Source: Candidatus Woesearchaeota archaeon
Lineage (GTDB): Archaea; Nanobdellota; Nanobdellia; Nanobdellales; CAZNIQ01
Assembly: GCA_964573185.1 (NCBI GenBank)
Contig: CAZNIQ010000003.1
Location: 1-32,000 of the forward strand
Length of the DNA stretch: 32,000 bases
Direction of reading: 5' to 3'
Shown piece after piece: positions 1 through 8,896 of this stretch (positions are counted from its first letter, which is position 1; every line of letters begins with the position of its first letter). The notes beneath the pieces are model-generated. The model was not told the DNA's origin, did not search any database, and saw only the letters and a list, made by a program, of their open reading frames with translations. Made by a program: the position numbers and the translations under genes.

Positions 1-647
1 TATACTATTTTTTAAAACATTTTGATGGAGATGGATTAATACTTTATATAGATTCACCCGGTGGCGGGTTGGAAACTTACAAAATTGTAAAAGCATTAAA
101 GAACTTATCCGTTCCAAAAGTTTGTTACATAAAGTACCATGGTCTTTCCGGTGCTTACTGGATTTGTTCTCAAGCAGATTATATAATTTCAGAAGATTAT
201 GCTTTAGTAGGCTCTATAGGTGGAATTTTGATGTATTTTAATTTTGCAAATCTTTTAGAAAGACTTGGAATAAACATAACTATTCTTAAAACAGGAGAAT
301 TTAAGGATACTCCTAATCCTTTCCGGAATTTAACTAAAGAAGATATTGAATTTTTAAAGAAAAAATTAGATTTGTTTGTCAATGAATTTAGGAAAGATGT
401 CTTAAGCAAAAGAAATGTTACAAATATAACAGATGTTTTTTCTGCTAAATGGTATTTTGGGAAAGAAGCTATTAAACTAGGCTTGGTTGATGAGCTAGGA
501 GATTTAGAAGAAGCTAAAAAGAAAATAAAAGAAATGTTAAATACAACAAATGTTATATTTATTGAGAAAGATTTTAGTAAAAAGAGAGGTTTCTTGGAAA
601 GCCTTATTGGCTCTTACCTTCTTTTCCCTTTAGCTCTTCTAATTTAA
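1..647 (+). CDS. S49-family serine peptidase (SppA / signal-peptide-peptidase-like), 5'-partial at window edge
   Basis: The listed ORF begins at a TTG at 69, but the frame is open back to nt 3 (YYFLKHFDGDGLILYIDSPGGG). It has the IDSPGG motif, a GLSGAYWI Ser-nucleophile-like motif and a hydrophobic C-terminal tail. The true start lies upstream of the window. Confidence 0.7.
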   Translation, partial: YYFLKHFDGDGLILYIDSPGGGLETYKIVKALKNLSVPKVCYIKYHGLSGAYWICSQADYIISEDYALVGSIGGILMYFNFANLLERLGINITILKTGEFKDTPNPFRNLTKEDIEFLKKKLDLFVNEFRKDVLSKRNVTNITDVFSAKWYFGKEAIKLGLVDELGDLEEAKKKIKEMLNTTNVIFIEKDFSKKRGFLESLIGSYLLFPLALLI

Positions 648-1008
648 TTTGTATTTCTGCAAGTTGTCTTCCAACTTCTTCCAATTCTTTTTCTAATTCT
701 TTCTTTTGATTTTCTAATTGATTTATTTGTTGATTCAATATATTTAATACTTCTTCCCTTTTCTTTTCAATATAAATATTGTTTCCTACATTCACTAAAA
801 GATTTTCAGTATCTAATATTTTTGCTTTAATAAAAACACCTCCTCCCAAATTTACATACCCACTCCCATCTTTTATTTCCTTTAATTCCTCTATAAATCT
901 TTTTAGTAATTCCAATTCCATCAAATTTTTGATCAATTCTTCATAATTGGCCTTTAGAACTCTATAATATTCATATAATTCTTGAAATTCTTTTAATAGC
1001 TCTTCCAT
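604..1008 (-). CDS. pfdA: prefoldin alpha subunit
   Basis: 134 aa with two long coiled coils flanking a beta-hairpin core (GGGVFIKAKILDTENLLVNVGNNIYIEK). It sits in the conserved archaeal L31e-aIF6-LX-PfdA neighbourhood. Confidence 0.85.
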   Translation of the reverse strand: MEELLKEFQELYEYYRVLKANYEELIKNLMELELLKRFIEELKEIKDGSGYVNLGGGVFIKAKILDTENLLVNVGNNIYIEKKREEVLNILNQQINQLENQKKELEKELEEVGRQLAEIQIKLEELKGKEGKSQ

Positions 1009-1256
1009 TAGAATCTTCCTTCTTTAACTAATTGCACAAATTGCCTTATGAACTGATCTTCCGCTTTTTCTGGTGGAACCTCCTCAACTTTCTCAATAAC
1101 TATTTGTTTTCTTTTGACTTTATGATTAGATCCTAAAATAGAATAGAGCTTCTCTAGAGCTCCTTCAAGTTTAACATCTAATATTTCTTTCTTAAACTTC
1201 ATTTTTAGAGAACCTTTCTTTATGTACCCAATAAACCTGAATACTTTCTTTTCCAT
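1008..1256 (-). CDS. rplX: 50S ribosomal protein LX (L18Ae/eL20)
   Basis: 82 aa with an LYSILGSNHKVKRKQIVIEKVEEV signature typical of LX. It lies between aIF6 and pfdA, and its stop overlaps the pfdA start. Confidence 0.8.
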   Translation of the reverse strand: MEKKVFRFIGYIKKGSLKMKFKKEILDVKLEGALEKLYSILGSNHKVKRKQIVIEKVEEVPPEKAEDQFIRQFVQLVKEGRF

Positions 1257-1275
1257 TCTCTAAAAATCTTAAAAA

Positions 1276-1935
1276 CTAATAAAAGGTTTCCTCTATTAGT
1301 GCTATTTCGTGTCCAGTAGTTTTATCCCCTATAATATATCCTTTGGAATTTAAAACTAAACCAGATCTTATAAATGGGCTTCCGAAGTTTACAGATCCAA
1401 CATTTATTCTTTCGGCTTTAAAGATTTCCTTTATTTTTTGTATGTCACTTTCTTTTGCAATATTTCCAACTAAAACCCTTCTATTGAATTCAACTATCAA
1501 TGCACCAATTATTCCATGCTTTCTGATTGTTAAATCATATACAGGTTTCTGGAATTCTTTTGCTAACAACTCTTTTATCTCTTGTTCCAATCTAGGGTTT
1601 ACAGCTATAGCTTCTTTACCAATTACTATGTTATTTCCCAAAGCATTCAATTTAGTTTCAAGAACTATAACATCTGTGATTCTTTCTAATTCTTTTAATT
1701 CATGCGGGTAAATTATTGAAGGAACAAGGAGTTTCTTTGAATTCCCCGTAACAAAAACGCCTATTAGGTTCGTACCCCCTATTGAAACCTTGTAAAAAGG
1801 TACCTCAAAAATTTCCTCCAATCTTTTAACTATTTTATCCTCTACATCAAAACCTATTAAACCAAAATCCTCTGTAAGAAAAATAAACAGACCTATAGAA
1901 GGATTTCCTTTTATATTTCCCTTCCAGACCTTCAA
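1276..1935 (-). CDS. eif6: translation initiation factor 6 (aIF6/eIF6)
   Basis: 219 aa with the pentameric repeat pattern GNPSIGLF...GTNLIGVF...GNNIVIG...IGALIV...VGSVNFGSPFIRSG, as expected for eIF6. Confidence 0.9.
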   Translation of the reverse strand: MKVWKGNIKGNPSIGLFIFLTEDFGLIGFDVEDKIVKRLEEIFEVPFYKVSIGGTNLIGVFVTGNSKKLLVPSIIYPHELKELERITDVIVLETKLNALGNNIVIGKEAIAVNPRLEQEIKELLAKEFQKPVYDLTIRKHGIIGALIVEFNRRVLVGNIAKESDIQKIKEIFKAERINVGSVNFGSPFIRSGLVLNSKGYIIGDKTTGHEIALIEETFY

Positions 1936-2177
1936 GGTAAATCTACATATGCAGTATCTTTCTCCTTTCTAACCTTTACAGTTATATGATGTGGTGGGTT
2001 CTTAGCTCCTCTTTTCCAGATTAGATTATTTACAGCATTAGATATTTTCACTACTTTTACATGTAAGTGTCTCATAACAAATTCTTTCAAAGCCTTTACA
2101 GCTTTTTTAGCTCTTTTCCATTTAGGAGCCTTTAACCATTCTCTTCTAAGATTAATAGTATAGATTCTTTCAATCAT
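1932..2177 (-). CDS. rpl31e: 50S ribosomal protein L31e
   Basis: 81 aa: IYTINLRREWLKAPKWKRAKKAVKALKEFV...NNLIWKRGAKNPPHHITVKV. There is a 4-nt overlap with eif6. Confidence 0.9.
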   Translation of the reverse strand: MIERIYTINLRREWLKAPKWKRAKKAVKALKEFVMRHLHVKVVKISNAVNNLIWKRGAKNPPHHITVKVRKEKDTAYVDLP

Positions 2178-2200
2178 AAAAGTTCTTAAGAAGATAAAAT

Positions 2201-3049
2201 TTAAAATCCTGCTAATTTCAGAATAAAGAAAGCTAGTGAAACTAAAACTAAAGAATGTTTTAAACCAGCTTTAATAGTTCCTTCGGACATCTTACCTATA
2301 GCTAATCCAGCAAAGAATCCTTGTATCATAGCTAAATGTAAATAAACTTCGGTATTTATTTTTGTTGTAGATCTTCCTAACATTGATTTAATAAATGAAG
2401 CCATTGAAAGATCTATAGAGGCTACAGCTTGAACGGCGGACATGCCGGATAAAAAAGGAATCAAGAATTTTACAGTTGCTATCAAAACTCCTAAGAAAAA
2501 TAAAAATATTATGTAACTTTGTATCACATTTTGGTAAACAGCAGTCTCTCTTTCTTTCTTTAATTGCTTAATCTCTTGCAAGGTTTTTACTATTGCTTCC
2601 AAAGATTCAACAACTTTTCCGCCAGATCTTTCAATTTCGATTATAGTATTTATAGTTCTTTTGATCAAAGGACTTCTCGTTTCTTCAGCAAAAAGCTCCA
2701 AAGCTTCTTCCAAAGGTATTCCCCAATCTACTTTGGCAGCTAGGGATTGGACATAAGGTGTTAAAGCGCCGTAATCATTATTAGAAATATAGATTATTGC
2801 TTTTGTTAATGGCATCCCAGATCTGACAGCTTCTACGAGATCCTCAACAAAATCTGGAAATCTTTCTTCAATTTCTTTCAATTCTCTCTCTTCTTTTATA
2901 ACTTTATATACAAATGGAAAAATTATTAATAGAATTGAGGTAAAAGTTAAAATTTCATTTTTTATTGATAAACTAAAAAGTAAAAGAATTATTCCTATAA
3001 AAAAAGGTATTAAATCTGTTAAAGAGAGGTCAAACCTCTGTATTAGCAT
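2201..3049 (-). CDS. type II/IV secretion system F-domain membrane protein (FlaJ/TadC-like pilus platform, single domain)
   Basis: Two N-terminal transmembrane helices, a cytoplasmic helical domain (FPDFVEDLVEAVRSGMPLTKAI...WGIPLEEALELFAEETRSPLIKRTINTIIEIERSGGKVVESLEAI) and three C-terminal transmembrane helices, matching T2SF/TadB-TadC architecture. No partner ATPase is in the window. Confidence 0.6.
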   Translation of the reverse strand: MLIQRFDLSLTDLIPFFIGIILLLFSLSIKNEILTFTSILLIIFPFVYKVIKEERELKEIEERFPDFVEDLVEAVRSGMPLTKAIIYISNNDYGALTPYVQSLAAKVDWGIPLEEALELFAEETRSPLIKRTINTIIEIERSGGKVVESLEAIVKTLQEIKQLKKERETAVYQNVIQSYIIFLFFLGVLIATVKFLIPFLSGMSAVQAVASIDLSMASFIKSMLGRSTTKINTEVYLHLAMIQGFFAGLAIGKMSEGTIKAGLKHSLVLVSLAFFILKLAGF

Positions 3050-3059
3050 TAATGATATT

Positions 3060-3698
3060 TTATTTTATGTACCTTTCTAAGACTTCTGGTTTTACGACCC
3101 CTCTTAAAATGATCTTATCATTAATTATAATTGTTGGAAACGTTGTTACATTATATTTTTTCTTTAAGTAATCTATTAATGGGTTATTTATCAATTTCCC
3201 TTCTATTGCAAAAACCCTTACCTTTGGCCAATGCTTGTATACTACATAATCTAAATATCTTCCTTGTTCTGCACAAGGTTCCCTATATTTTGGATCATTT
3301 GAATAAAAGTATAATATTAACGTCCAATTAAATTTACATTTCTGATTATATTCCTTTAGGCTCTCATACATCCTTATTAAGTTAATAATATAAAATTCCT
3401 TTAGTAAAAGAACTTTCTCATCATTATATCCATATTCTCTTTCTATAGCCGTTAAATATCTTCCTATTTCACCAATAGGTATTTGACTTAAAAGAACTCT
3501 TTTCTCATCACAAGACAAATTTTTAGATAGGTATAGCATTGTATTCAAAGTGTAAACGTTGTTAATCAATTTTAGGATTTCATTTTCAGTATTTAGGAAC
3601 ATCGACTGAGCAATGGCTTTCCCTATGAATATCCCTGAAAAGAACATCGCTAGAGATATGAAGAAAGCTATATAGAAAGCTTTAACTGTTTCTTTCAT
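3060..3698 (-). CDS. membrane-anchored thioredoxin-fold protein (monothiol C-x-x-Q variant), function unknown
   Basis: It has an N-terminal transmembrane anchor. The C-terminal region LILYFYSNDPKYREPCAEQG ... VTTFPTIIINDKIILRG resembles thioredoxin/DsbA beta1-CxxC and cis-Pro (FPT) motifs, with the second Cys replaced by Gln. Confidence 0.35.
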   Translation of the reverse strand: MKETVKAFYIAFFISLAMFFSGIFIGKAIAQSMFLNTENEILKLINNVYTLNTMLYLSKNLSCDEKRVLLSQIPIGEIGRYLTAIEREYGYNDEKVLLLKEFYIINLIRMYESLKEYNQKCKFNWTLILYFYSNDPKYREPCAEQGRYLDYVVYKHWPKVRVFAIEGKLINNPLIDYLKKKYNVTTFPTIIINDKIILRGVVKPEVLERYIK

Positions 3699-5295
3699 CC
3701 TTAAGCTTATGAAGGAAAATTAAAAAAGCTATTAATATTGAAATTAAATAATCTTTTAAGTAATTGTAAAATCGGAATTTTATAATATGTTTCCCTTCGG
3801 GTATGCAAACCTTTATTAATCCTTTATAAGAAGAGAAATTGACTTCTTTATTATCAACGTAAACTCTCATTAAGGGATGATATCCTATTGAGAAGATGTA
3901 ACAAGAACCATTGGAATTTAATTTAACAACGATATCTTTATTGAATTCAATTATTTTATATATGGTTTTAGGATAAACAAAAGTATAATTTTCTATGAGT
4001 AAAATAGCGTATTTTTTGTTTTTGTAGATTACATTCGCATAATTGCATTTAGAAGGTACAATTACATATTTTACAAACAGCTTTTCTATAAAAGGATCAT
4101 ATTTACATTGTAAAAATTCCTTTCTAAGCTTTGAGAATTCCCAGAATATTGGATTTGCTTCCCTAAACCATCCGTTCAGTACGGGTTTCTTTGTTATAAT
4201 AGGTAAATAAGCTATAAAGCTGTAATAATCCTCTACAATCCATATCCTATATAATCCATTATCGATATGTTTTAAAGCGTCTAAAAGATAATAAAAAGAA
4301 ATTTTTTCAGGTACAAAAATTAAAGAAAAAAATAATGAAATAAAAGTGGAAATTGAGAAAAGGATTTTCAGTGCTTTGTTTTTTATCTTTAAAGCACCCA
4401 AGAAAGCAAAGAACATTGATAATATAAGCCACCTATATTCTGGTATCCTATCTATTATTGGCAAGGTATATATCCATTTTATGCTTGCAGAAGCCAAGAA
4501 AACGAAAAGCAAAGATAGAACATTATATGGAAATGAAACAAACAATAAGGCAGGTCCAATATAATTGCTCCAATATCCTTTTATGGGAAATAAAAGACTT
4601 TCCGTTAAAGGAACCTTATAAAGATCCAATAGGTAAGGATCATCTTGGAATCTTAAGAAATATGCAAAATCTTTATACTTATAAAATAGAGAATAGAAAG
4701 GCAAGGTTATAATAATTGTTGAAAGAATTACAAAAAGAAATTCTGATATATCTCTTTTTTTATGAAAAAAGAAATAAATAAATGTGAAAGCAATTAAAGA
4801 AAATAAAAACGTTGAGATATGCGTATAACCGATTAAAGAAAGAGTTAAGATATTGATTAATGGATTATTGATTAGAAGCAGGGGTATTAAACCTGTAGAG
4901 AAAAATTGCGGAAAGTTCCCTTCAGGATTCAAAAGTTTTAATCTATAAAAGTTTAAATAGTAAAAGATGGTGATTATTAAAGCAAATTTCCAATCTGTGT
5001 ACTTTTTGGCAATATGATAAGTAATTACCATCAAAATCAGATTTGAAAGAAAAAGAAAAACTTTTATATCAAATAATAAAGAAAGATAATAAAATAAAGG
5101 TGGATAATATAGAAACGTTGGATATCCCACATACCAAAAGTTGTCCCAGTAAAGATTTATATCCTCTTTTAATCTTTCGATTTTATATAAATGTCCAAAA
5201 GCATCTCCTTCTGGAGAAAAATCAAATCTAAACAATAGAAGGAGATTAAGTAAAAATAAAATAAAATAAGGAAAATACTTTCTTATCTCCACCAT
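3682..5295 (-). CDS. polytopic GT-C-type membrane glycosyltransferase (YfhO / PTPS-related family-like)
   Basis: 537 aa with more than 10 predicted transmembrane helices. The N-terminal loop SPEGDAFGHLYKIERLKEDINLYWDNFWYVGYPTFLYYPPLFYY fits the D..H..r...L......W...G.P...YPPL pattern of YfhO/PTPS-related GT-C proteins, followed by a C-terminal soluble beta-rich domain. It overlaps both neighbouring genes. Confidence 0.55.
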   Translation of the reverse strand: MVEIRKYFPYFILFLLNLLLLFRFDFSPEGDAFGHLYKIERLKEDINLYWDNFWYVGYPTFLYYPPLFYYLSLLFDIKVFLFLSNLILMVITYHIAKKYTDWKFALIITIFYYLNFYRLKLLNPEGNFPQFFSTGLIPLLLINNPLINILTLSLIGYTHISTFLFSLIAFTFIYFFFHKKRDISEFLFVILSTIIITLPFYSLFYKYKDFAYFLRFQDDPYLLDLYKVPLTESLLFPIKGYWSNYIGPALLFVSFPYNVLSLLFVFLASASIKWIYTLPIIDRIPEYRWLILSMFFAFLGALKIKNKALKILFSISTFISLFFSLIFVPEKISFYYLLDALKHIDNGLYRIWIVEDYYSFIAYLPIITKKPVLNGWFREANPIFWEFSKLRKEFLQCKYDPFIEKLFVKYVIVPSKCNYANVIYKNKKYAILLIENYTFVYPKTIYKIIEFNKDIVVKLNSNGSCYIFSIGYHPLMRVYVDNKEVNFSSYKGLIKVCIPEGKHIIKFRFYNYLKDYLISILIAFLIFLHKLKDERNS

Positions 5296-6527
5296 TTCTT
5301 CTTTCTTCTAATCACATTTATTAAAGCCAATAGTTGTGATATTGCTAAAATCATCCAATAATATGCTAAGTAAATATAACTAATAATTACACTTATTCTA
5401 ACTTTGTTGTGTTTTTTAATTATAAAATGATAAATTAATGCCAATATCAAAGAGATTGTAAACAAAATCCATACTCTATTTGTAAGATTTAAATAAATGT
5501 ATTCAAAGATATTAAAGTCTCTGTAAGAATTTATTATATAAGATAAATCTATGTATTTTACGTTTGATAATGCCTTTGGAAAATCTCTTAATAGAAATAA
5601 AATAATGATTATTAGAAATGCTAGTAAATTATAGTAGAACGTTGTTAAAGCTAGTAAGAATAAATCCTTTTTGAAAATGTTTATATGTTCTAAAGTGTGT
5701 ATAAACCATCCGTAAAACCATCTTATTCTTTGCTTTATTAACTTCCTTAATGTATTAGGAACATCAGTTTTAATTTCAACATCCGGTAGATACTTTACTT
5801 TATATCCTTTTTCAATAATTCTCAATCCATAATCTAAATCTTCATTTATACTGTTCTTATTAAAGAAACCTACTATATCTAAAGCTTCTTTTTTAACTAG
5901 AGCGCCAGTATTTACAATATACCATGAATAGTAATAAGAGAAGAGATCTTTTAGAAAGTTGGATAACGAATACTCTAGTTTTTGTAATTTTTCAATCAAG
6001 TTTTTATCATTCCTTGGAAGGATTCTTGGAACTACTGCTAAAGTTCTTTCATCAAAGGCTAAAAGCAAGAGGGGATAATTTTTATCTAAATACGTATCTG
6101 CATCTATTATTGCAAAGAAATCAAAGTCTAAGTTTTTCAAAGCATAGTTTAAACCATAATTTAATGCGTCAGCTTTTCCACCATTCAGTTTTTTAAGGAC
6201 TATTAAATTATTATATTTCTTTGTTAACTCAAAAGCTTTTTCGAAAGTTTTATCCTTTGATCCATCATCCACAACTAAAATCCAAAACTTATCTCTAGGA
6301 TAATTTATTTTCTCTATGCTTTCTATTGTAGCTTGTATAGAATCCTCTTCATTATAAGCTGGAATAATGAATAATATCTTAGGAAGCCTTCCGTACTTCT
6401 TTTTAATCTCTTCTAAAGATAATCTTATCTTTTCATCTTTTTTTAATAAATATAAGACAAAGAAGTAATTAGATAAAAATATTAGGAAGAATGCTACTAG
6501 GTATAAATATATTTCAAAGACACTCAT
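5283..6527 (-). CDS. processive family-2 glycosyltransferase (IcaA/PgaC/NodC/chitin-synthase-like synthase)
   Basis: It has an N-terminal transmembrane helix and a GT-A core carrying all D,D,D,QxxRW motifs: VVDDGSKD, IDADT, NEDLDYGLR and QRIRWFYGW. C-terminal transmembrane helices follow. The 414-aa length matches IcaA/NodC-type synthases. Confidence 0.85.
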   Translation of the reverse strand: MSVFEIYLYLVAFFLIFLSNYFFVLYLLKKDEKIRLSLEEIKKKYGRLPKILFIIPAYNEEDSIQATIESIEKINYPRDKFWILVVDDGSKDKTFEKAFELTKKYNNLIVLKKLNGGKADALNYGLNYALKNLDFDFFAIIDADTYLDKNYPLLLLAFDERTLAVVPRILPRNDKNLIEKLQKLEYSLSNFLKDLFSYYYSWYIVNTGALVKKEALDIVGFFNKNSINEDLDYGLRIIEKGYKVKYLPDVEIKTDVPNTLRKLIKQRIRWFYGWFIHTLEHINIFKKDLFLLALTTFYYNLLAFLIIIILFLLRDFPKALSNVKYIDLSYIINSYRDFNIFEYIYLNLTNRVWILFTISLILALIYHFIIKKHNKVRISVIISYIYLAYYWMILAISQLLALINVIRRKKKWWR

Positions 6528-6822
6528 TGCAAATGATTATATATTTTCCATAACTTATCAAAACGCATTCTCTTGGTTTTAATTCAATCTTCCTTTCAAA
6601 TCTTACGTATTTTGGGACAATATCATAATTCCTACATCCAAATCTATTAACTTCAATTAAATTTCCTTCAATTAATACTTTCCTTTCCAAAAACCCCACT
6701 TCTTTAAAATTCAAGCATCCTTCTTTGAGTTCATCATAAACTTTAATTTTGCCTTTTTCTAAACAAAGACTCCCAGAACTTTTCTTAAAAGACCTTTCAT
6801 CAGGAATATATACCTCTACCAT
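6514..6822 (-). CDS. hypothetical small Cys-rich protein
   Basis: 102 aa with 7 Cys, including a C-terminal CNEC. I recognise no family. Its stop overlaps the GT2 start by 14 nt, which suggests translational coupling. Confidence 0.5.
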   Translation of the reverse strand: MVEVYIPDERSFKKSSGSLCLEKGKIKVYDELKEGCLNFKEVGFLERKVLIEGNLIEVNRFGCRNYDIVPKYVRFERKIELKPRECVLISYGKYIIICNECL

Positions 6823-6855
6823 TAAACTTTTTAATATAGAATAAAAATTTTAATT

Positions 6856-7302
6856 ATGAAGGTCCCATTGCAACCTCTGGGAAAACAAGACATACATTTA
6901 TTGGAAACAGCTTTGTTAGTAATGGCTTTATTTGATCCAGAAGTAATGAAAGAAATAAAGGATCCTGAAAAAAGAGTTACTTGGTTAGATTCCTTAGCAG
7001 TTGCCGCAGCTGCATTTGCAAGAAGAAAAGCTGGAATGTCTATACCTGAAATTGCAGAAGAATTGGGAAGAACAGAATCAACAATAAGAAATCATTTGGA
7101 AGGAAAAACAAAAGCTGGACAAATAATACAGAAGGTTTACGAGAGATTAGTAAAATCTGGAGGTGAGGTAGAAATAACAATTGGTGAGGAAGCTGTAGCC
7201 TCAAAGAAATTAGAAGAAATTAAGAAAAAATTAGAAGAGATGGAAGAACATCTTAAGAAAGTAGTAGAAATTTTTGATGAGGTAAAGAAAGCTCTTGAAT
7301 AA
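6856..7302 (+). CDS. HTH-domain DNA-binding protein with C-terminal coiled coil (putative transcriptional regulator)
   Basis: GMSIPEIAEELGRTESTIRNHLEGKTKAG is a classic helix-turn-helix. A KKLEEIKKKLEEMEEHLKKV coiled coil lies at the C-terminus. The gene is immediately upstream of rrp4. Confidence 0.6.
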   Translation: MKVPLQPLGKQDIHLLETALLVMALFDPEVMKEIKDPEKRVTWLDSLAVAAAAFARRKAGMSIPEIAEELGRTESTIRNHLEGKTKAGQIIQKVYERLVKSGGEVEITIGEEAVASKKLEEIKKKLEEMEEHLKKVVEIFDEVKKALE

Positions 7303-7311
7303 TTTTTTCTT

Positions 7312-8010
7312 ATGACTATTTTTGTAAAGAATAAGCAAATAGTTGTTCCCGGAACATTAATTGCTGAAGGAAACTATAATGTTGTAGGGCCATGTATCAA
7401 AGAAGGAACTAGGTATTATGCTACAACAGTATCTTTAGTAGAATTCAAAGAAAACGGAATAAAATTAACACCACTATCCGGAATATATTTTCCTAAAGTT
7501 GGCGATCTTGTTATAGGTAAAATAATTGAAGTAACACCTGTTGGATGGTTTGTAGATATAAATAGCCCTTATAGAGCTTTTCTAGCTTTAAAAGAAGGTG
7601 TTAATGAATTTGTAGACATAACTAGAACGGATATTTCAAAATATTATGATGAAGGAGAATATATATTATGCAAGGTAATAAATGTTTCTAAGAGAGGGAT
7701 AGTACATGTTTCCACTAAAGAAACAAAATTTAGGAAAATAAAAGAAGGACTAATAATTTCAATAACACCATCAAAAGTTCCCAGAGTCATTGGAAAAGGG
7801 GGATCTATGGTAAAGATGATTAAAGAAATTACAGGTGCACAAGTTATAGTGGGACAAAATGGAAGGGTATGGATTAAAGCTGAAAATCCTGAAATAGAAA
7901 CGTTAGTTGCACAGGCTATTCAGATGATTGATAAAGCCTCTCACATTTCGGGTTTAACTGAAAAAGTAAAAAGATTTTTAGAAGAGAATATAAAAAATAT
8001 TAAGAAATAA
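7312..8010 (+). CDS. rrp4: exosome complex RNA-binding protein Rrp4 (N-terminal + S1 + KH domains)
   Basis: VVPGTLIAEG... N-terminal domain, S1 domain (PKVGDLVIGKIIEVTPVGWFVDINSPYRAFL) and KH domain (KVPRVIGKGGSMVKMIKEITGAQVIVGQNGRVWI). Confidence 0.88.
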   Translation: MTIFVKNKQIVVPGTLIAEGNYNVVGPCIKEGTRYYATTVSLVEFKENGIKLTPLSGIYFPKVGDLVIGKIIEVTPVGWFVDINSPYRAFLALKEGVNEFVDITRTDISKYYDEGEYILCKVINVSKRGIVHVSTKETKFRKIKEGLIISITPSKVPRVIGKGGSMVKMIKEITGAQVIVGQNGRVWIKAENPEIETLVAQAIQMIDKASHISGLTEKVKRFLEENIKNIKK

Positions 8011-8497
8011 CTTTTATTTCTACAGATTCTATACCTTTCTCGAAACTAAATTTTGTGTGTATTAATATATCTTTCTTCTTTTCTAATGCAACTTTTATAG
8101 CCTCTAATATTTTTTCTTTAGGTGTTACCACCCACATTAAGCCATCTAATCCTATAGCAAATAAATCCAAAGCTGTTTTTGCCTTATAATTTTTTAATAT
8201 ATATTCATGAAAGATTTCCGAGCTAATTGCTCTAGAAGCTTCACCAGCGATTGTTCTTATTAGATTAATAGTATACTCTTCATTCAACATTTTATCTATC
8301 GGTTGTTCCTCCTCAGATATCTTTTCTCCTCTTCTCTTTTTCCAAATATTTAAAGCAGCTTCCCTTCTTTTTTCAAAATATCTAAAATCATAATCAAATA
8401 CTAAAACTCTTAAATTATGCCTTAAATTTATTGAATAAAAATTAACAAACTTCAAGTTTCCATTTTCATAAATTTCTTCGAGAATATATAAAAACAT
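8000..8497 (-). CDS. hypothetical protein (orphan), translationally coupled to L18e
   Basis: 165 aa with no recognisable motif. Its start codon overlaps the L18e stop by 1 nt. Confidence 0.5.
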   Translation of the reverse strand: MFLYILEEIYENGNLKFVNFYSINLRHNLRVLVFDYDFRYFEKRREAALNIWKKRRGEKISEEEQPIDKMLNEEYTINLIRTIAGEASRAISSEIFHEYILKNYKAKTALDLFAIGLDGLMWVVTPKEKILEAIKVALEKKKDILIHTKFSFEKGIESVEIKVIS

Positions 8498-8862
8498 TAG
8501 ATTATTATTTTTACAAATGATCCCTTTGGATTTCTTTTTACTAATTCTTCTATACTTATAGCTTCCCCTCCTATCTTTTCAATTTTCTTTTTAGCAGATT
8601 CAGAAAATCTCCAAGCAGCAACAGTAACTTTATGATCTAAAATTCCGCCTCCTAGAACTTTCCCGGGAACAACTACAGTTTCTCCTTCTTTTGTTAATCT
8701 ATTTATTTTTCCAATATTTACTTCAATTCTTTGCCTTGTAGGTTTATTTAATAATTCTGCTACATACTTCCATATTCTTGCTTTATATTGATTTGAAGCT
8801 TTTTCCAAGAATCTGATTAGCTTTCTTAAATGAACATTTGTTGGACCAGTTCTCTTAACCAT
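8497..8862 (-). CDS. rpl18e: 50S ribosomal protein L18e (eL18)
   Basis: [23 protein letters not shown]...[44 protein letters not shown] is typical of L18e. Confidence 0.9.
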   Translation of the reverse strand: MVKRTGPTNVHLRKLIRFLEKASNQYKARIWKYVAELLNKPTRQRIEVNIGKINRLTKEGETVVVPGKVLGGGILDHKVTVAAWRFSESAKKKIEKIGGEAISIEELVKRNPKGSFVKIII

Positions 8863-8896
8863 TGAAAATGTTTAAAGATATTGTTTTTAAAGCTTC

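Noticed and set aside
197-6196. Short antisense ORFs 197-409, 1343-1711, 3131-3331, 4346-4564, 4458-4712, 5043-5231 and 5924-6196.
   Set aside because: Each is nested on the opposite strand of a longer ORF with recognisable family features or clear membrane-protein character. None has a motif of its own.
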